A DNA stretch of 64,000 bases, from NCBI RefSeq assembly GCF_006345805.1, contig NC_042997.1, positions 140,926,001-140,990,000 of the forward strand. The letters run 5' to 3'. The notes under the pieces are model-generated. The model had not been told where the DNA came from. It saw only the letters and a program-made list of their open reading frames with translations, and did no database searches. Position numbers and translations under genes: made by a program. The DNA is from Octopus sinensis. Taxonomy: Eukaryota. Shown in pieces: positions 26,372 through 37,999 of this stretch; position 1 is the first letter of the stretch, and each line of letters opens with the position of its first letter.

Positions 26372-26415
26372 ACCTGGGGCTGACCTGGGGCTGACCTGGG
26401 GCTGACCTGGGGCTA
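26372..26415. repeat. Four copies of the 11-bp unit acctggggctg
   Basis: Direct reading; lies in the end of a family 4 repeat. Confidence 0.9.
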
Positions 26416-26489
26416 AATAACAGCGACGGTAGCATCAGAAGTAAGAAACAACTAGAACGACAACAGCAGCAGCAAGAAAAACAACAAAA

Positions 26490-26521
<32 letters not shown>

Positions 26522-26644
26522 CACCACCACCACCACCACCACTACTACTATACTACTACTACTACTACAAGCGTCACCATAGCTGCAATAGTCATCAAAT
26601 TTTTTTACTTTTTTCATTATCCCTTTTAACACTGACCACATGCA

Positions 26645-26835
26645 AAGGCGACGAGCTGGTAGGATCGTTAGCCCATATATATTGGGCAAATTTCTTGGAG
26701 GAATTTTTTCTGGCTCTTTACATTTCGAGTTCAAATTCCGACGAGGCCGACTTTGCCTTTTCGGGGTCGATAAAATGAATTCCAACTGTGTATGGGGTCG
26801 ATATAACCGACAGTCCAATTGGCCTTGCGACCAAA
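26645..26835 (+). mobile_element. SINE family 1
   Basis: gagctggtaggatcgttagc; gagttcaaattccgacgaggccgactttgcc; ggggtcgat. Confidence 0.75.
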
Positions 26836-26904
26836 GTTGAAATTGATGTAGACGACGTGTGAGTGAATGATAGGATGCGGGTGTGTGTGCGTTGAATGTA
26901 ATAA

Positions 26905-27115
26905 TTATTGGTTTCAAAGTTTGGAACAAGGCCAGCAATTACGGAAGAGGATTAAGTCGATTACATAGACCCCAGTACTCAACTGATATTTATTTTTATC
27001 GATCTAGAAAGTTGACCAGGGCGGCATTTGATCTTAGAGCGTAAAGATGGTCGAAATACCGCTAAGCATTCTGTACCGCGCGGTAGCGATCCTTCCAGTT
27101 CGCCTCCTTATGCGT
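26905..27115 (-). mobile_element. SINE family 1
   Basis: Reverse-complement match to the family consensus blocks. Confidence 0.7.
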
Positions 27116-27469
27116 TGGCCGTAATATAAAATGTTAAAGATAGATAATAAAGTACTGGAGTTTCTTACTGTAGATGTCAGGTTGTATTGACTTGTACTCC
27201 AGTGCACTCCAAAAGACTTCTGACTCTCCTCTCACATGCCAGCCCTTTGCACAATAGCACAGATCGCAAGTCGATTGGTTAAAATGACTCCACGACTTGA
27301 CAAGTATATTCTTCTACCGACCCCAGAGGGTGTAAAAGGTGAAGTTGACCTCGATGGGATTTGAAAGACATTTTTTCCAACGTTCTAATAATTCTACCAA
27401 AGCATATTCTTCGAAATACCAACCTTCACAACAGGGGCAATACCATCTTCTGTAAGTCTAGTTGTTTCA

Positions 27470-27837
27470 GGCATTGGACTGCATCCATACTGGGGCACCT
27501 CATTGAAGGGTTTTAATCGAATTGATCAACCCTAGTACATATTTTTTAAAGTCTGGTATTTATTCTATCACTTTCTTTTGTCGAACCTATAACTTAGGAC
27601 AATGTAAACAAAGCAACACCGATTATCGAGCGTTAGAGGTGAGGACAAATACAAACACACATACACACACACACATACGACGGGCTTCCATACAGTTTCA
27701 TTTAACAGATTCACTCTCAAGGCATTGGTCAGCATGGGGTTAGAGTAGCAAACACTTGCCTAAGGTCAGCACAGTAGGACGGAACCGGAAATCACGTGGT
27801 TGTAAAACGAGCTTCCTATCCATCAGCCATGCCTGCG
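27470..27837 (-). mobile_element. SINE family 2
   Basis: Reverse-complement blocks with an internal (CA)n. Confidence 0.75.
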
Positions 27838-28377
27838 ACTAGAGTGTTTGTTTGTGCTGGTAACAATTAATTATTAATTCAGACAAACATTACTCTTTGG
27901 TTAAGAACATGGTTGTCTCAGCTTTGTAGGCTCATGAGCAAATTAATGCACTGAGACCTATAGTATTTTTCATTGACAGCAACCCACAATATATATAGCT
28001 CAGAATTGGACACTAGATCCATGAAGGCCTTTGGGCAACTGTCCATCACGCACATGTCTTAAGATAGCCCTGGTAAGGAAATATTTATTGTATTGGGAGA
28101 ATCGTTACCATAGACGTAGGTAAGAAGCTTGCTTCCTAACCATATAATTCCGGGTTTAGTCCCACTGCGTGACACCTTGGGCAAGTGTCTTCGAATATAG
28201 TCCCAGGCCGACCAAAGCCTTGTAATTCATTTTCTCTAAACAAGAATATATAATTTTCACTTTCATATTTGAATTTATTGCATTTCAACAATTTTTCTGT
28301 TTTTTACTCGAATTTGATGGACATATAGGGGTACGTAAACCAACTCAGAAAATCTCTAGTGAGACTTTTTATTGATA

Positions 28378-28426
28378 TACCTCAAGAGACCCAGAACGGG
28401 TCGAAATATGTGTCGTACCTAATAAA
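28378..28426 (+). ncRNA. Degenerate minimal type I hammerhead ribozyme motif (Penelope pLTR-like)
   Basis: TAC-CTCAAGA-GACCC agaac GGGTC-GAAA-tatgt-GTC-GTA-cct-AATAAA. The core has C at the G5 position. Confidence 0.6.
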
Positions 28427-28580
28427 ATATTTTACTCATTCCATCTCATACTTTAATAATACTGTTACCCTAACCGCCACTACGAAGGTCCTGCATTAAA
28501 TCTACGGTTAACAACAGGTAATCGAAACTGTGCCAGTGCTTTACTCATCATCCATTTATACATTTTGTATTTCTCCATTA

Positions 28581-28968
28581 GTGGAGGCGCAATGGCCCAG
28601 TGGTTAGGGCAGCGGACTCGCGGTCATAGGATCGCGGTTTCGATTCCCAGACCGGGCGTTGTGAGTGTTTATTGAGCGAAAACACCTAAAGCTCCACGAG
28701 GCTCCGGCAGGGAATGGTGGTGATCCCTGCTGTACTCTTTCACCACAACTTTCTCTCACTCTTACTTCCTATTTCTGTTGTACCTTGTATTTCAAAGGGC
28801 CGGCCTTGTCACTCTCTGTGTCACGCTGAATATCCCCGAGAACTACGTTAAGGGTACACGTGTCTGTGGAGTGCTCAGCCACTTACACGTCAATTTCATG
28901 AGAAGGCTGTTCCGTTGATTCGGATCAACCGGAACCCTCGTCGTCGTAACCGACGGAGTGCTTCCATC
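28581..28968 (+). mobile_element. Chimeric SINE (family 3 head/body + family 5 tail) with 12-bp TSD
   Basis: atttctccatta at 28569-28580 and 28969-28980. The 5' half matches 37010-37200; the 3' half matches the reverse complement of 53207-53375. Confidence 0.85.
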
Positions 28969-29011
28969 ATTTCTCCATTATATATATATACATGTATGTA
29001 TATATATAATT

Positions 29012-29065
<54 letters not shown>

Positions 29066-29084
29066 CACATGTATATTTATGTAT

Positions 29085-29320
29085 GTACTGTGTGTATATG
29101 TGTGTTTGTGTCTGTGTTTATCCTCCACTACCGCTTGACAAACGGTGTTGGTGTGTTCACGTTTGCGTAATTAAGCGGTTCGGCAACACAGACCGTTAGG
29201 ATAAGTACCAGGCTTAAAAAAAATAATGAGGGCTGATTCATTTGACTAAAAATTCTTCAAAGCGGTGCCACAGCATGGACACAGTCTAATGACGGACGGA
29301 AACAAGCAAAAGGTAAAAGA
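29085..29320 (+). mobile_element. SINE family 2, 3' half
   Basis: cttgacaaacggtgttggtgtg...gcggtgccacagcatggacacagtctaatgac. Confidence 0.7.
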
Positions 29321-30101
29321 TATTTTAGTTTAGTTACGGAGAAGATGTCTACTTTACTTTTCATCCTTGCAAGGATGATTAAAAATTGTGAAGATTAAAA
29401 ACTACGGTGGATGCAACTGATTATAACCCAACCCCCACCCACCACCATCACCATCACCACCACCACCACCACCACCACCACCAAGTTTGAGGATTTGTTA
29501 CAAATCAGAGTTTATATTGGTGAGATGACTATGGCAGCTAACAAATTCTATAGAAGTGAAAGTAATTCCAACTGGAGACGGAAACCCCGTCGTGATATTT
29601 GCGTATCAGTATCACATGCTGTTTCGTTGTTGATATCGTTGTAGTTGTTTTAACCCAAATGAGATCCAATCAAACAGATCTATAATCTGAGATACTTTAG
29701 GAGTTATTATTCTTTTATTACGATTTTTTTCTGTCGCAATGCATCTAGGACTACATTATTCGATGTACCTCCTACCTTTTAAATATGGTGCATAGAATTT
29801 TGTCTATTGTATCTCATTCTACTACTACTACTACTACTACTACTAGTACTACTACTACTACTACTATCAAAAGGAAGGAAGAGACCATTCTTTATTTCTC
29901 TTCCCTCTTTGCCCTATCAGATCGATAAAGGATCACTTGTCACTTCTTTAACGAACACTCATTGATTGTCACGAATTTTCATTGAAGAACAATGCTACGG
30001 TTGTTTCCGCCATTGCCTTCCATCGAATGTTTTCACAAGACAATTATATCTTGTCATCTATAGCCGATTGTGTGTGCGTGTGAGAGAGTGAGAGAGTGAG
30101 A

Positions 30102-30102
30102 C

Positions 30103-30170
<68 letters not shown>

Positions 30171-30203
30171 AAGAAGAAGAAGAAGAAGAAGAAGAAGAAG
30201 AAG
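30102..30203. repeat. (GTA)n(GAA)n microsatellite
   Basis: Direct reading. Confidence 0.95.
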
Positions 30204-30639
30204 ACAGAACAATCTATTCCAGTATTTGACTAACAATTTACTTATTGACCCCGCAAGTTTATGAAAGGCTAAGTTGATCACGACAGAATTCGAGGGTAGA
30301 ACTCAGTAAGTCAGAGCGTTTTAGATGATGCCGTAACGACTATGCATTCTCGAAGCCATAGAATGTTTTATAGGAATATATTTCTTAGACCTATCCACCA
30401 GTATTCAGTTGCTACTTTATTTCTTGTTCCCTGGAAGGGACGAGAGGTAACATCGACATGAGTAGGATTTGAACTTAGAACGTAAAAAGTTGTAAAAAGT
30501 TCGAATGTTTCTGCCAAACCACAGCCTACAAAATGATCTAACAGACAAAGAGAGAGAGAGAGAGAGAGGGGGGGGGGGGAGAGAATTTAAGGTAGACATA
30601 GAGAGAGAGTGATAGGGAGATAGATAGGTAGGTAGGTAG

Positions 30640-30673
<34 letters not shown>

Positions 30674-30779
30674 AATAGATTTGGTTGCTATTTCTAACAT
30701 ATCGAGTTACCACATACAGGTCCTTAGTTGTCTCGGTAATCTGCATATTGATCTACGGCGTTTACCACAGCTGTAGAAA

Positions 30780-30910
30780 GAATCCGTTCTACCATAGGCA
30801 CAAAGCCTGACATTTTGGAGAACGGGTGGAGTCGATTAACTGGTTAATTTAACTGGTTCTTATTTCACCGACTCCGAAAGGATGAAAAGCAAAGTCGACC
30901 TCAGCGGAAT
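30780..30910 (-). mobile_element. SINE family 1, 3' part
   Basis: ccgaaaggatgaaaagcaaagtcgacctcagcggaat block. Confidence 0.7.
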
Positions 30911-30929
30911 ACATAGCTGCAGAAATAAT

Positions 30930-31333
30930 ATTTTTTATTCTAGGCACAAGGCCCGAAAGTTTTGGGGAGGGGCCAGTCGATTAGATCGAACTCAGTACGC
31001 AACTGGTACTTAGCTTATCGACCCCGAAAGGATGAAAGGCAAAGTCGACCTCGGCGGAATTTGAACTCAGAACGTAAAGACAGACGAAATACTCATTTCT
31101 TTACTACCCACAAGGGGCTAAACAGAGAGAGGACAAACAAGGACAGACAAACGGATTAAGTCGATTATATCGACCCCAGTGCATAACTGATACTTATTTA
31201 ATCGACCCCGAAAGGATGAAAGGCAAAGTCCGACTTCGGCGGAATTTGAACTCAGAACGTAGCGGCAGACGAAATACTGCTAAGCATTTCGCCCGGCGTG
31301 CTAACGTTTCTGCCAGCTCGCCACCTTCATGGA
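30930..31333 (-). mobile_element. Dimeric tRNA-derived SINE (family 1) with 12-bp TSD
   Basis: Head ggcgagctggcagaaacgttagc with B box gagttcaaattcc occurring twice. A linker gtttgtctgtccttg...gtagtaaagaaat joins the two monomers. tgcagaaataat is present at 30918-30929 and 31334-31345. Confidence 0.85.
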
Positions 31334-31443
31334 TGCAGAAATAATGTCAATGGCTAATTTTAGTTCAGTTATTGCAGGAAAAAGGAATATTTGATGGGTT
31401 CTGCTATGGTGTATTACTGGTTTTACTTATTTTAATAAAAGCG

Positions 31444-31494
<51 letters not shown>

Positions 31495-31859
31495 ATATAT
31501 ATAAATAAACAGTGAGTCTCTGGTGAAATTTGAACTCTGAAAGTAAAATGAATAGTTCTCTGTTATGCGTTTGTCTGTATTGAAAGACAATGGATTTTTG
31601 CATCACTATTCATAACTGAACAGATCTCCCTTCAGAGTAAACTTAAGTTAGGTGTATGGAGATTCTGGGTAACACGGGTGTCAGAATCATCCTTTCGGTC
31701 CCTCGTTATCCCGGACAGGAATTCATACTAGGTATTGTCAGCCGGAGCCAGTCTTGTATCTGGGCCTCATGTCAGTGTCACTAGGTGACTGATGTCACTA
31801 CTCTCTATCTTAATGAATAATTACGTTATTATTATCAGGATGGTGTTCAAACCAGGATG

Positions 31860-31915
<56 letters not shown>

Positions 31916-32434
31916 GAATGAGAGAGTAGCCATCAAAGTGACGTTGGGGTAAATATACGAAGACCATCATGACTTCCCGTCTGATAAGAGTACACCAGAT
32001 ACAAGTATTACAACTATATGTATATGTGTGTAATATGGTGACCTCATATCTAGATAAACAGCGCATGACCTTGCAGTGAGGTCCAGTTAGAATTTTCCTC
32101 AGGTCGAGTAGCCCATACCACTCAAAAGGTCCTTGAATAGGGGTTGTTTAAAGATGATGAACGAAACACCTATGTTTCTAGAGATGAATTATTCGAATCC
32201 CACCAAATTCCTCTTAATACATGGCTATGATGCTCCCCCACTACTCCTGCTCGTGATCAGAGGTGCACATATTGTCAGCCACTAAGGGACGTGCTCAACT
32301 GGCTAAGGCCAAGCAACTGATAAGCAAACCTGTTGTATTGAGCAGAATATTTGCTGCAGCCCATCTTTATACCATGACAACATGTACTTGATCACACTTT
32401 CAATCAGTTTTGATGAGAATCCATGAGAGCCATG

Positions 32435-32435
<1 letters not shown>
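31916..32435 (-). mobile_element. Non-coding element of about 0.5 kb (family X) embedded in TAA microsatellite
   Basis: Homologous to 5622-6070 and 575-790. (TTA)n lies on both sides (31863-31915 and 32436-32540). No TIR, tRNA head or conserved ORF seen. Confidence 0.8.
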
Positions 32436-32522
<87 letters not shown>

Positions 32523-34374
32523 CATCATTATTATTATTACTTTTAGCTGTTTCTTTTCATGTCAGAATATAAAGAAGACACTGCAAATGATAAGACGTGT
32601 GATCTGTCTCAATAAAGTAGTATCTTTAATTATACAAAGCAGAAAATAGAAATGTTGTTGATATTGTTGTCGGTGGTGTTGATATTGTTTTTGAGAAGTC
32701 GAAAAACCAACCTTGATAGAGCAGACATATGATGAAAGGTATTAAGTCAATTACCATTACTGTCTTGCTTTGAGACATGTCTTTCTAAAACGATTCCATT
32801 TTTGTATTTGGTTTGAAAGATTCTTGATGTGAACTCTTGTGTTGAAACAGATTTTGTTACATCTCTGGAAGGTCATTACACCAATATCATGCTCTGTTTC
32901 ATTTAATTTCGTTTGTTATTATTAGTAAATTATTTAGCATTTCATCAATTAACTAATAGATTGTTTGATTAATAAGTTCGATCAACCAATCAACAGTTGA
33001 TTAGATAACATGTTAAAAAGGATAATTAATTGACTGATGGCAATAAAAGAAGTGAAAAAGAACCAGAACGTGTGTTTATTATTAGCAAATAAATTTTCTG
33101 ATATACAGACATATCTAAAGATACATTATCTAATATGTTCTCCATTCTTTTGAAAACTAATTTATTTATTCGAAGCAGTTTTTGGCTGTTTTTTTTCTTC
33201 TGACAGACTAAGTGACTACATGATGATGATGATAATGATATGAAGATGACCTTCGGCGTGGTTGAAGAACCAATCCCAACCAGTCGAGATTCACAGTACG
33301 GATTTTACTATTCATTCTTTCGATCGCTGATTACAAAGCGTGGCTCCTGAGGCCTCAGTTTGGGTGATTTTCCTGAATCACCATCTCACCCTTATGCCCT
33401 AGTCTGTTGCAAGAGCACCTGTTTGCAGCTGAGTGAACCGGAGCTACATGAAATGAAGTGTTTTGCACAAGAACACAACGCACAACCAATCTGGGAATCG
33501 AAACTACGATCTCGCGATCGTGAGTGCAACACCCCAATCAGTAAGCCGCGCGACTACGTAAGAGGCTCCGCCGCCGTTGGCTCCTAAAATAGACATATGA
33601 TTAGAGGATGCAACAAAACTAAAACTTCTATATTCTATATTAGTTATCTGTTGACATCACGTTATTAACCTAGGTACATTTTGAAGTAGTAACAGCATTA
33701 TCGCTGGCTTAATTTTATCCATAATAGACTTAACAATGTACAAAATGGATACATAATATTATAGAAGAAAAACAGAGGATTCCAAGGAAATCAATGATGA
33801 TCTGCGTTGGCACAAATCATGTATTAAAGGTCAGGAAATTGAATAAATCTGTGTGCTCCTAGAAGCGAATTATAAAGTTTCAGCCAAGATCGGTCATCGG
33901 AGAATTTTATTAGATTGGTTTTATATCTATAAGAATAACCTTGTATTCGACACTGCTTCACTAAGTATTCCTTAATGAACCGAAGGAGTTAAACTCTGCT
34001 TCATATTATAGTTTGAATTTGAAATGTGTTGCATAAGGAACCTAATGAGATGAAACTTTACTGCGAGAGAATTGTATCATGCATCTAAGCAAGGGCCATA
34101 AATCTGCTTGCTTCAGTTTGCATGACCAACAAAAGCATGCTACACTCATTTGTGCTCACGCGCGCGCACACATACACACACGAACACACAGACGCGCGCG
34201 CGCACACATACACATCTTGCACAAGTGTTATTTTGCATAAGAAGTGTTATGTAAACGAGAAGAAGCAGATGAAAATTATACTAGAAAAGTGGCCCCAAAT
34301 TGCTTTCTCTATGCAGAAATGAGAAAATGAACTCTGAACTGCAACGAACCGCTAGTCAATCTTATGCATATACA

Positions 34375-34442
<68 letters not shown>

Positions 34443-34504
34443 CATATTCATACATATATATACATATGGTATATGAAAGACAGAAGATGGAAGATACGAG
34501 AATT

Positions 34505-34558
34505 TTTATAAATCACGACAATTGTTTCGACACATCTAGCATAGATCCCTCACGGATG
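34505..34558 (-). ncRNA. Degenerate hammerhead motif (Penelope pLTR-like)
   Basis: Minus strand cat-ccgtgag-ggATCTAtgcTAGATgtgtc-GAAACAATTGTC-gtg, with a palindromic stem III. Confidence 0.45.
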
Positions 34559-35093
34559 GGATACTTAACAACTGTTTTAGAAGCATCCGACGGTGCAAAT
34601 GTGTCTTTTCGAGTGATAAATAGATATAACTCGTTAAAATAGCAGTTCCACAATGTATCTTCGCATTTCATGTAAAGAAAGGCAACAAAACAAAGGATAT
34701 ATCTTCATTTAAATAGAAAAAAAAATAAAGTAACAGACGCAAAAAAGAAACGAACGCGCAATATGTATGAATGCTTTTGGTGAATCAAAGAGGACAAATA
34801 TCTTGGTTTTCTAACTTTTCTTTCTTCTCGTTTCACAGTTTGCATCAACCCTTTTCGCGTTGTTTTCCTTCTCATTTTTCCTTTCGTTTCTTTTTTTGTG
34901 TTTTTTTCATAGATCAGCGTTGTGGTTTTTAAATACACCTAACGTTATGAACTAAGCCTAAAAGATTGCTTTGGGGATGCATGGTATGTTATATAAATCT
35001 GCCAATTTAATGTATCTTAAAGCATAATAAGGCGGCTTTTAAGATTACCCATAGTGCTGTTATATAATATGCATGTATAAACTGAATAAAACC

Positions 35094-35095
35094 TA

Positions 35096-35174
<79 letters not shown>

Positions 35175-35443
35175 TTACTGCTACTACTACTGCTGCTGCT
35201 ATACTATTTTTATTGCATACTTTAAAGTATAGTGTCGTTGGGTACAGGTTTCCAAAAGACCGAGCATTGATTCACTGCGTTTACGATGGCGAGAATGACA
35301 AGGGATTGTCTGAGAAAATCGATTGAAACAAATGCATGCACGCATACACACATACATACATACATACATACATACATACATACATACATACATACACACA
35401 TACATACATACATACATACATACATACATACATACATACATAC
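35094..35443. repeat. (ACT)n and (CATA)n microsatellites
   Basis: Direct reading; tracts at 35094-35200 and 35340-35443. Confidence 0.9.
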
Positions 35444-37009
35444 ATTTGTTTTGCGTTGTTGGGAACATTAAGAGTTTTGAAAATGAATATTTTTCAGAGG
35501 CTGCTGAAGTTCAAATAATGCTATAAGTAATTGCTTGTAAAATCATGAGTAAAAAAACAAAAAAATACAATAACCTTTTCTTGGACCTCTTTCATTCCAA
35601 TTTTACTCAACTGGACATCCATTGCCATTCGACACACACACGCACACACACATACACAAACACACACACGCATATATCCTGATGTATTTTTATAATTAAA
35701 TATTATTAAGAATTGTATAAAAAGATGTATTGTTGAAGTATAAACAATTTATTGCATATAAATTTTAACAGCAAAATCTTATGTGAACCCCAAGGACCAC
35801 ATGGACCACTGCTTTAGACGAAAAAAGTTGATAGAATCAGCTACCATACACCAGACGGCCGCGATGCCACTACATCAAGGAGACGTTGACAAAAACCAAC
35901 CGTCAAATTAAAGGGAATAAATTTGATTTGATTCGTTTGAAGTACGAAGAACTTTAAAAATAAGCCACGTTAAGAAAATAAATGCAGAGCTGTAGTAGTT
36001 AAACCCCTTTATGTTAACAGTTTATGTCATTAATTTCTACTTGGCCTTTTATCTATCTGGGGTCGATTAAAATATACTACTAATATAATACAGTAATTTC
36101 TTGTAACTGCATATTTCCCTCTTAAACAGCACTACCGCTCTAGTAATGCAAAAATCAATATATGTACAAGCTTTAGGCATGACACCTTCCCGATAAAGTG
36201 GGATTATCTGCTAATTAAAATTTTATAATAATCAACGTCAACGGAGAACGAGATGTTACAATTTTGTAATATGCTTTTGAGTAGGTGTCATACTAAATTT
36301 GTTTTAAGACGAGGGTGTTAGACTCCGGTGGAATCCCAGGCAAACATCTCCTCCACTATCAGGTGTAGGCCTCTGCCTGGGATAGATATTTTAATATATT
36401 TAGTTTAGCACACAGTTGTTTCAGCTGTTATTTATAGTCAACACCCAGCATTGCAACATTTAGCCAAAAGCAGTAATTTTGTTAAAGCAAATGAACCGTT
36501 CAACAATTTCTCCAGACATTGTATAACGTTTTAACAAATCAATTCATTTTTACTAGCATAAAGTCATTATTTATAGATCTAGTTTTCATTCTGAAACGAA
36601 GAATTTTAGAAAGCATTTTAGCTATAATTATTATTCAATTAACTATACTTTACATAAAGCAACCAGGCGTTATTTAACTTTAGGAAGTTCCTTTGGCGCC
36701 ATTACAAAATTTGACATGATTTTAAAGAATGTTGTAACTCAACAATATGCGAATAACATAAAAAACAAATTCAAATGTTTAAAGAGAATTTTTATAAACA
36801 TCTTTTTAATTTCCTTTGCAGAGATTGGAAGCACGCATATTCGGCCTTAATAACTGAATCTATACTTCTGAAAAGATAGATCACATCCTGTATTTGTTCG
36901 TTTCATTGTAGGCCAATAAAACATCGTGGATTTTGAAATGATCTATTGCTTCTGTGTTTTAATTTAAAGAAAACAGGATTGACTTATTCAATAGCACTGC
37001 CGATTCTAC

Positions 37010-37315
37010 GTGGAGGCACATGGCCTAGTGGTTAGAGCAGCGGACTTGAGGTCGAGGGATCGCGGGTTTCAATCTCGGACCGGGCGATGTGTGTGATTAT
37101 GAGTGAAATACCTAAGCCCCACGCGGCTCCGGTGGAAGGTAATGGCGAACTTCTGCTGACTCTTTCGCCACAACTTTCTCTCACTCTTTCCTCCTGCATC
37201 TAGCAACTCAGCCGCGACGAACCGGCGTCCCATCCAGGTGGGGAACCTGTGCGCCAATGAAACCCAGAAACCGGCCCTTATGAGCCAGGCATGGCTTGAG
37301 AAAGAACAAATAACA
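37010..37315 (+). mobile_element. tRNA-Arg-like SINE family 3 with degenerate 14-bp TSD
   Basis: tggcctagtggttagagcagcggact...cgcgggtttcaatctcgg head. actgccgattctac (36996-37009) versus actgttgattctac (37316-37329). Confidence 0.85.
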
Positions 37316-37999
37316 ACTGTTGATTCTACAGTGGGATAGAGTTTGTAATAATCATTTGCGTTGTCTATGTTAAAGTTCTCCTGGATCGCCTGATAATAGG
37401 TTGGCCACATATGGTACCAAACTATCATTCTTTGGGTCATTTGGTCTCTGTTAAAGTTTTCATTTTAATGCTGTGTATCTAGGGTATGTAATCTTTATGG
37501 AGGCTGTCTGTGTTCTAGGAAGACGTACGGGGTATGTTTAACTTACAAACGAAATCTTGTAAACTTTAAGGTGCTTTCTGCAGTATAAGTACTCGGCTGA
37601 GGTACTTCTATACTGCCAGAGAAATCGAAATGCGAGAGCTAAATTTGTTTCAGTATATACTCGGCATTCATAAATGCATGCAATCGATTCATTTCCTGAT
37701 CAGCTTAAACGCTTGTAGATTAATGAATGTACAAAAATATGGACAAAGAGAGAATTCTTTTGCATGATGTTATTTGAAAATATAATTACGAAAATGCTTA
37801 GCGTCTAAACAGTGTGGTTAGGCACCAAAGATATGGCAGAGAGAAATCAGTTGGAAGCATGAAATTAGCATAAACGGAGGTAGTACGCAGCTCGTAAGCT
37901 CTCACGTCAGACAAATTGTTACTAAAGCATTCGTCATGAAGGTTTATATGAACTTTGCACATTCCAATAATTCGATACTCTTCAACTAAGCTGTCTCTG

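Noticed and set aside
28586-28660. tRNA-Arg-like sequence (also 37015-37085, 61085-61010, 965-893)
   Set aside because: A and B boxes are present, but the acceptor stem does not pair and each copy continues into a SINE body. These are SINE heads, not tRNA genes.
35780-35820. hAT-like terminus (ggaccactg)
   Set aside because: No partner TIR or TSD found.
36800-36910. Strong-looking splice acceptors (tttaatttcctttgcag, tttcattgtag)
   Set aside because: No open frame or donor follows, and such tracts are common in AT-rich DNA.
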